From a virus: a DNA stretch of 64,000 bases. Shown piece after piece: positions 57,799-64,000 of this stretch. Location of the stretch: IMG/VR virus record IMGVR_UViG_3300021964_000023, positions 1 through 64,000 of that record. The stretch is one strand, 5' to 3'. How positions within the stretch are numbered: position 1 is the stretch's first letter; the number at the start of each line of letters is the position of its first letter. The position numbers were made by a program, and so were the translations under genes. The notes below the pieces were generated by a model that ran no database searches, had not been told where the DNA came from, and saw nothing but the letters and a program-made list of their open reading frames with translations.

Positions 57799-60290
57799 GA
57801 TTTTATACGAACGTCCAGATGGTCGGGAACCAATTCCTCGTTAGGGGTTATGAAGACGGTAAACGCTTCACAACTCGCGAGAAGTGGAACCCGACCCTTT
57901 TTGTGCCCTCACAAAAGAAGACGTTCTATAAGACTCTTAGTGGAGAACAGGTTGAAGCAATCAAACCTGGGACCGTACATGAGTGCCGTGAGTTCATCAA
58001 AAAATATGATGGTGTAGAGGGATTTAAAATCTACGGTAATGAGCGGTTTATTTACCAATACATCTCTGAGAAGTATTCTGAGCAAGAGATCAAGTTTGAC
58101 ATTGGTAAGATCATGCTATCTACCATTGACATTGAGGTCGCTTCTGAGAATGGATTCCCAGATGTAGAGTCTGCTGCCGAGGAAGTTCTCCTTATCACCC
58201 TTCAGGATTATGCGACCAAGGAAATCATCACTTGGGGTCAGGGTCCATTCAAATTGAAGCAAGGGAATCATTATTACAAGCAGTTCAACAATGAAGAAGA
58301 TCTTCTTCATGACTTCATCAGTTGGTGGATTGACAACACCCCCGAAGTTGTCACTGGATGGAATAGTAAACTGTATGATATTCCATATCTAGTTCGCCGC
58401 ATTGATCGAATCCTTGGAGAGAAGTTGATGAAGAGACTCTCTCCATGGGGTCTTGTGACTGAGCAAGAAGTCTACATTCAAGGTAGGAAGCAAATGTCTT
58501 ATGACATTGGTGGAGTCTCTCAGTTAGATTATCTAGATCTCTATAAGAAGTTTACTTATACTAACCAAGAGTCTTATCGACTGGATCATATTGCAAATGT
58601 AGAGTTGGGTCAGCAGAAGCTAGACCACTCAGAATTTGATACCTTCAAGGATTTCTACACCAACGGTTGGCAGAAGTTTGTAGAATACAACATCATTGAC
58701 GTGGAACTTGTTGACCGATTGGAAGACAAGATGAAGTTGATTGAACTTGCGTTGACTATGGCATATGATGCTAAGGTCAATTATGAAGATGTGTTCTATC
58801 AAGTGAGGATGTGGGACACAATCATTTATAACTATTTGAAGGGAATGGGGATTGTCATTCCTCCCAAGGAAAAATCCGATAAAAACGAAAAGTACGCAGG
58901 TGCTTATGTCAAGGAACCGATTCCAGGAAAGTATGATTGGGTTGTGTCTTTTGACCTTAATAGTCTGTACCCTCACCTTATTATGCAGTACAACATCTCG
59001 CCAGAGACGCTTCAGGATACCAGGCATCCATCAGCAACAGTTGATCGAATTCTTAATGAAGAGATAGACTTTGAGGATTGCAAAGATAGTGCGGTCTGTG
59101 CTAACGGATCCATGTACCGCAAGAATACCCGTGGGTTCTTGCCAGAACTCATGGATAAGATGTATAGCGAGCGAGTGATCTTCAAGAAGAAGATGCTCAA
59201 AGCGAAGCAAGCATATGAGAAGACACCTACTAAAGAATTGGAGAAGGAAATTGCACGTTGTAACAATATTCAGATGGCTAAGAAGATCGCCCTTAACTCT
59301 GCCTATGGTGCTATTGGCAATCAATATTTTCGTTACTATAAACTTGCTAACGCCGAAGCAATCACCCTATCTGGACAAGTCTCCATCCGTTGGATTGAGA
59401 ACAGAATGAATGCCTATCTAAATAGGATTCTAAAGACAGAAGGCAAGGACTATGTTATTGCTTCTGATACTGACTCTATCTACCTACATCTTGGTCCACT
59501 TGTTGATCGCGTATTTCCTGAAGGAACTGACGATAAAGCAAAAGTAGTTGAGTTCCTTGACAAAGCATGTCAAGATCAGATCGAACCATTTATTGATAAG
59601 AGTTACAAAGATTTGGCAGAATATGTCAACGCTTATGATCAGAAGATGTTCATGAAGCGTGAGAACATTGCTGACCGTGGTATTTGGACAGCTAAGAAGC
59701 GATATATCTTGAATGTCTGGAACAGCGAGGGTGTTGCTTATGCTGAACCTAAACTGAAGATCATGGGTATTGAGGCAGTTAAGTCATCAACTCCTGCACC
59801 TTGTCGGGCAATGATTAAGGGTGCTCTAAAACTTATGATGACTGGTACTGAGGAGGACGTGATTGAATTTATTGATAAGAGTAGGCAAGAGTTCAAGCAA
59901 CTCCCTCCCGAACAGATCTCATTCCCAAGATCCGTATCGAATGTCAAGAAGTATGAGTGTAGAACTTCTATCTATACAAAGGGAACACCTATCCATGTCA
60001 GGGGTGCTCTTCTATTCAATCATCATGTAAAGGACAAAAAACTGACTAATAAATACTCACTCATCAATAACGGAGAGAAGATTAAGTTCTGCTATTTGAA
60101 GGAACCAAACCCACTGAGAGAGAATGTTATCTCATTCATTCAAGAATTTCCTAAGGAACTTAACCTTGACAAATATATTGACTACAACCTACAATTTGAC
60201 AAGAGTTTTGTTGAACCCGTAAAAACTATTCTCGACGCCATCGGATGGAATGTTGAGAAGACTGTAAACCTTGAACTATTTTTTGGATAA
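57795..60290 (+). CDS. gp43: Family B DNA polymerase gp43
   Basis: Exo I DIE, SFDLNSLYP, KIALNSAYG, ASDTDS; GTG start. Confidence 0.98.
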   Translation: MRFYTNVQMVGNQFLVRGYEDGKRFTTREKWNPTLFVPSQKKTFYKTLSGEQVEAIKPGTVHECREFIKKYDGVEGFKIYGNERFIYQYISEKYSEQEIKFDIGKIMLSTIDIEVASENGFPDVESAAEEVLLITLQDYATKEIITWGQGPFKLKQGNHYYKQFNNEEDLLHDFISWWIDNTPEVVTGWNSKLYDIPYLVRRIDRILGEKLMKRLSPWGLVTEQEVYIQGRKQMSYDIGGVSQLDYLDLYKKFTYTNQESYRLDHIANVELGQQKLDHSEFDTFKDFYTNGWQKFVEYNIIDVELVDRLEDKMKLIELALTMAYDAKVNYEDVFYQVRMWDTIIYNYLKGMGIVIPPKEKSDKNEKYAGAYVKEPIPGKYDWVVSFDLNSLYPHLIMQYNISPETLQDTRHPSATVDRILNEEIDFEDCKDSAVCANGSMYRKNTRGFLPELMDKMYSERVIFKKKMLKAKQAYEKTPTKELEKEIARCNNIQMAKKIALNSAYGAIGNQYFRYYKLANAEAITLSGQVSIRWIENRMNAYLNRILKTEGKDYVIASDTDSIYLHLGPLVDRVFPEGTDDKAKVVEFLDKACQDQIEPFIDKSYKDLAEYVNAYDQKMFMKRENIADRGIWTAKKRYILNVWNSEGVAYAEPKLKIMGIEAVKSSTPAPCRAMIKGALKLMMTGTEEDVIEFIDKSRQEFKQLPPEQISFPRSVSNVKKYECRTSIYTKGTPIHVRGALLFNHHVKDKKLTNKYSLINNGEKIKFCYLKEPNPLRENVISFIQEFPKELNLDKYIDYNLQFDKSFVEPVKTILDAIGWNVEKTVNLELFFG

Positions 60291-60460
60291 TGGAACTTCC
60301 TATTAATGATGCAGAGCTCGCTACTATCGTAGGTGCGCTTCGTTTGGGTGGAGATACCTCTCTCTATCAAAAGTTGAAGATCATCAAGGAGATTCGTGAG
60401 GAGAACCCTGGCGGACCTTATAAAAGAATTGCTCGTGAAAAGTTTGGATTTGTGATCTAA
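60290..60460 (+). CDS. Small hypothetical protein (56 aa; not in ORF track)
   Basis: MELPINDAELATIVGALRLGGDTSLYQKLKIIKEIREENPGGPYKRIAREKFGFVI*; TAATG-coupled on both sides. Confidence 0.75.
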   Translation: MELPINDAELATIVGALRLGGDTSLYQKLKIIKEIREENPGGPYKRIAREKFGFVI

Positions 60461-61476
60461 TGGATTTTTTAAAAGATATTGTAAAAGAGATTGGCGATGA
60501 CTACACTCAGCTCGCTGCAGATATTGACGAGACTGAGCAGTATGTTGACACAGGTTCGCACATTTTTAACGCACTCGTATCAGGTAGTGTATTTGGTGGT
60601 GTATCTGGGAACAAGATTACTGCTATTGCTGGAGAGTCTTCTACTGGAAAGACTTTCTTTTCTCTCGCTGTGGTTAAGAATTTTCTGGATTCTAACCCCG
60701 ATGGTTATTGTCTCTACTTTGATACTGAGGCTGCTGTTAACAAGGGACTACTCGCTAGTCGCGGAGTTGATCTAAACCGAGTTGTTGTGGTCAACGTTGT
60801 AACTATCGAAGAGTTCCGAAGTAAAGCACTCCGTGCAGTAGATATGTACCTCAAAGCGCCTGTAGAGGATCGCAAACCCTGCATGTTTGTGCTAGACTCT
60901 CTTGGAATGCTATCCACCGAGAAGGAGATTACAGACGCTCTCAATGATAAGCAAGTTCGGGATATGACCAAATCCCAACTTGTCAAAGGTGCGTTCCGTA
61001 TGCTCACTCTTAAGTTGGGTCAGGCAAACATCCCCATGATTGTTACTAATCACACCTATGATGTTATCGGTGCTTATGTCCCCACAAAGGAAATGGGTGG
61101 CGGTTCTGGTCTTAAGTATGCTGCTTCCACTATCATCTATCTCAGCAAAAAGAAGGAGAAGGATGGAACAGAAGTGGTAGGTAATATCATCAAGGCAAAG
61201 ACTGCTAAGTCTCGTTTAAGTAAGGAGAACAAAGATGTGGAAATTCGCCTTTATTATGATGAGCGTGGTCTTGATCGATATTATGGTCTTCTTGAACTCG
61301 GTGAGATTGGCGGGATGTGGAAGAACGTTGCTGGTCGATATGAGATGACCATAGATGGTGAGACTAAGAAAGTCTATGCCAAAGCAATCTACAAAGAACC
61401 TGAGAAGTATTTTACTTCTGAAGTTCTAGAGCAACTTGACGTTATTGCTAAGTCCGAATTTAGTTATGGTGAGTAA
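60460..61476 (+). CDS. uvsX: RecA-like recombinase UvsX
   Basis: AGESSTGKT, YFDTE, LDSLG, MGGGSGLKYAAS. Confidence 0.96.
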   Translation: MDFLKDIVKEIGDDYTQLAADIDETEQYVDTGSHIFNALVSGSVFGGVSGNKITAIAGESSTGKTFFSLAVVKNFLDSNPDGYCLYFDTEAAVNKGLLASRGVDLNRVVVVNVVTIEEFRSKALRAVDMYLKAPVEDRKPCMFVLDSLGMLSTEKEITDALNDKQVRDMTKSQLVKGAFRMLTLKLGQANIPMIVTNHTYDVIGAYVPTKEMGGGSGLKYAASTIIYLSKKKEKDGTEVVGNIIKAKTAKSRLSKENKDVEIRLYYDERGLDRYYGLLELGEIGGMWKNVAGRYEMTIDGETKKVYAKAIYKEPEKYFTSEVLEQLDVIAKSEFSYGE

Positions 61477-62861
61477 TGGAGTCTATTGAGCACACGATTC
61501 TAAAGAATCTTTTATATAATGAAGAATACTCCCGCAAGGTAATCCCCTTTATCAAACCTGAATACTTCCAAGAGGTGTCTCAGAAAATTACGTTTGAGGA
61601 GATTGTTACCTTCATCACAACGTACAATACTCAGGTTACAGTTGAAGCACTCCTCATTGAGATTTCTAATAGGAAGGATATCAATGAAGGTATGCTCAAA
61701 GAGTTGCAGATTCTTATTACTAATTTGGAAGATAGTCCTGCAGATCTTCAGTGGTTGTTTGATACTACTGAGAAGTGGTGCCGTGATAGGGCAATCTATC
61801 TTGCTTTGATGGACTCTATTAACATTGCTGATGGCAATGATGAGAAGAAGAATCGAGATGCTATCCCATCTATTCTTAGTGAAGCATTGGCAGTCTCTTT
61901 TGACAATAATATTGGTCACGATTACTTTGCAAATGCTGATGAGCGATTCGACTTCTATCACCAGAAGCAGGAAAAAATCCCCTTCGACTTGGAATACTTT
62001 AACAAGATTACCAAGGGAGGTCTTGTTAATAAGAGTCTTAATGTCGCTCTTGCTGGGACAGGCGTCGGTAAGTCTTTGTTCATGTGCCATATGGCTAGCG
62101 CCTGTCTGCTTAACGGACATAGCGTCTTATACATTACAATGGAGATGGCAGAGGAGAAAATTGCTGAACGTATTGATGCAAACCTCCTCAATGTTCCCAT
62201 ACAGGAGATTGCTGATCTTCCTAAAGTGATGTTTGACAGCAAAGTCACAAAGTTGTCACAAAAAACACAGGGTTCTCTTATAATTAAAGAGTATCCAACT
62301 GCGGGCGCACATAGTGGACACTTTAAGGCACTTCTTAATGAGCTTGCACTTAAGAAGTCATTTAGACCTGATATTATTTTCATTGATTACCTTAATATAT
62401 GTGCTTCCTCTCGGTATCGCCAGAGCGGCACTGTCAATTCATATTCTTATATTAAGTCAATTGCAGAAGAGCTTAGAGGATTGGCTGTTGAAGCAAACGT
62501 CCCTATCGTTTCTGCCACGCAGACCACTCGTTCTGGTTATGGTAGCAGTGATGTTGACCTTACTGACACTTCTGAATCCTTTGGTCTCCCTGCTACTGCT
62601 GATCTTATGTTTGCCCTTATTAGCACAGATGAATTGGAAGAACTCGGGCAGATTATGGTGAAGCAGTTAAAGAATCGATACAATGATATTTCTATTAATA
62701 AGAGATTTGTTGTTGGTATTGATCGTGCTAAAATGAGACTGTATGATTGTGAGCAGTCTGCACAGAATGATGTCCTTGACAGTGGTCAAGACGAAGAGTA
62801 TGAGTTTGATGAGAAGAAGTCTTCTCGCAAAGAAAAGTTTGGATCCTTCAAGTTTGATTGA
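61476..62861 (+). CDS. gp41: Replicative helicase gp41
   Basis: LAGTGVGKSL, ITMEMAEEKI, IDYLNIC, SESFGLPATAD, KQLKNRY. Confidence 0.97.
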   Translation: MESIEHTILKNLLYNEEYSRKVIPFIKPEYFQEVSQKITFEEIVTFITTYNTQVTVEALLIEISNRKDINEGMLKELQILITNLEDSPADLQWLFDTTEKWCRDRAIYLALMDSINIADGNDEKKNRDAIPSILSEALAVSFDNNIGHDYFANADERFDFYHQKQEKIPFDLEYFNKITKGGLVNKSLNVALAGTGVGKSLFMCHMASACLLNGHSVLYITMEMAEEKIAERIDANLLNVPIQEIADLPKVMFDSKVTKLSQKTQGSLIIKEYPTAGAHSGHFKALLNELALKKSFRPDIIFIDYLNICASSRYRQSGTVNSYSYIKSIAEELRGLAVEANVPIVSATQTTRSGYGSSDVDLTDTSESFGLPATADLMFALISTDELEELGQIMVKQLKNRYNDISINKRFVVGIDRAKMRLYDCEQSAQNDVLDSGQDEEYEFDEKKSSRKEKFGSFKFD

Positions 62862-62863
62862 TT

Positions 62864-63412
62864 ATGAAGAGCATTAACCCAGAACTAATCGGTGATTTTA
62901 AATCCATTGATTACCCTGCACGCAGACAGTTCCCTAGCGATGAGATTGTAGAGCGTTGGAAAAATCTTGGTCATCTGTATGTCAATTATACTGGACTTCT
63001 TCGTGAAGAGTATCGCGGGGTTCCTGAATGGAGTCATGAGATCGTAAAGGTTCTTAGGAAGAAATATATTCCAGTTGGTGATAAGTGGTACTTTATGGAT
63101 AAGACTTCTTTGTCACTCTATAACATGCCCCCAGGCACAATTATGCCAGAGCATGAGGATACTTATCCAAGGTTCCGAGAGATCTATGGAGAACCAGACA
63201 TCAATAAAATTTGTAGAGTTCTAATTTTTCTTGAAGACTGGAAGACGGGACACTATTTTGAACTGGATCGTCAACCATATACCAAATGGAAGAAGGGTGA
63301 TTATCTTTATTGGACTGGAGATACTACTCACCTTGCAGCAAACCTTGGTAAAGAGAATAGATATACTATGCAAATCACGGCGACTTTAAAATGCGGAAGC
63401 GAAGAGCAGTAG
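62864..63412 (+). CDS. Putative 2OG-Fe(II) oxygenase / cupin protein
   Basis: PGTIMPEHED (HxD), HLAANLG and RYTMQIT. Confidence 0.65.
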   Translation: MKSINPELIGDFKSIDYPARRQFPSDEIVERWKNLGHLYVNYTGLLREEYRGVPEWSHEIVKVLRKKYIPVGDKWYFMDKTSLSLYNMPPGTIMPEHEDTYPRFREIYGEPDINKICRVLIFLEDWKTGHYFELDRQPYTKWKKGDYLYWTGDTTHLAANLGKENRYTMQITATLKCGSEEQ

Positions 63413-64000
63413 TAGATGATCTTGTAGAGCAGTATGGTAACTACTGCTCTACTTTTACTTTTAAGTTAAGATCTGGATTAGAAGGACAAATCCATAAAGA
63501 AGGATTTATTAATTGCTTCTGGCATAAAACTAGTAAATTAGTTTATATGCATATTGATAAGTGTGGAAGTACATCAGTGTCCTCTGCACTAAAGTTACAT
63601 TGTCCTAACTTTTTGTCTCTTGATTTATTAAAGACCGACAAAGATCCAGATTACCTTGCAAAATATTTTGTTGAGAGTGGTCACACATTTTTTGCTGTTA
63701 CTAGAGATCCAGTCCAACGGTGGATCTCTGGATTAAATGAATTTATGTGTAGATATAAACCACCAATTGATTGGGTCATAAAACAAATTGAGAATGGTAA
63801 ATATATTTTTGATGAACACACTGGACCTCAAACAGCATTTTTGAGATTGTGTTTGGAGAATGAAGGAAAGTTGAAACTTATTAAATTGGATGGTGATTTA
63901 TCTACAAAAGTAAATTTATTTGTAAAAAATCATACGTCAGATTATAAACCATTTGAAGTGCCTCACCTTAGAGATTCAAAATATTTCACCCCCAATTTCA
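63391..64000 (+). CDS. Sulfotransferase-family protein, 3'-truncated (not in ORF track)
   Basis: Open frame from ATG 63391 to the window end, with YMHIDKCGSTS (5'-PSB loop-like) and TRDPVQRWISG (3'-PB-like). Confidence 0.7.
   Translation, partial: MRKRRAVVDDLVEQYGNYCSTFTFKLRSGLEGQIHKEGFINCFWHKTSKLVYMHIDKCGSTSVSSALKLHCPNFLSLDLLKTDKDPDYLAKYFVESGHTFFAVTRDPVQRWISGLNEFMCRYKPPIDWVIKQIENGKYIFDEHTGPQTAFLRLCLENEGKLKLIKLDGDLSTKVNLFVKNHTSDYKPFEVPHLRDSKYFTPNF

Noticed and set aside
22852-62861. Introns or inteins in gp17, gp20, gp23, gp43, uvsX or gp41
   Set aside because: All are of ordinary length and uninterrupted.
1-64000. tRNA genes, CRISPR arrays, transposases, photosynthesis genes
   Set aside because: None recognised by eye; intergenic gaps are short and mostly explained by promoters and terminators.

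Overview
Core region of a T4-like cyanophage (Kyanoviridae-type myovirus), almost all on the + strand. In order: baseplate/neck/tail genes (gp7-like, gp8, VrlC-like, gp13-16), a block of probable internal head proteins, gp17-gp23, gp3, uvsY, uvsW, gp55, gp47/46, VWA + CobS/MoxR, gp45/44/62, dam, regA, hsp20, gp43, uvsX and gp41. All calls come from recalled motifs and synteny; no searches were run. The main accessory feature is a ~5 kb insert between portal (gp20) and protease (gp21). It holds a reverse-strand operon with its own late-promoter box (glycosyltransferase plus two paralogous B12-binding radical SAM enzymes) facing a 2OG-Fe(II)-like oxygenase. More tailoring enzymes (SGNH-like, NAD epimerase, two further oxygenases, sulfotransferase) sit singly between core genes. 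A short G-[ILVF]-[GSAT]-[TS] motif recurs across unrelated virion proteins. Together these suggest, by inference, a phage-encoded virion-decoration system. Other notable signals: a probable programmed -1 frameshift (G GGA AAG with an upstream SD-like element), nested 'Russian-doll' repeats in the gp7-like protein, a ROSE-like RNA thermometer before hsp20, and a near-consensus antisense sigma70 promoter next to gp55. No tRNA, CRISPR array, intron or intein was recognised.
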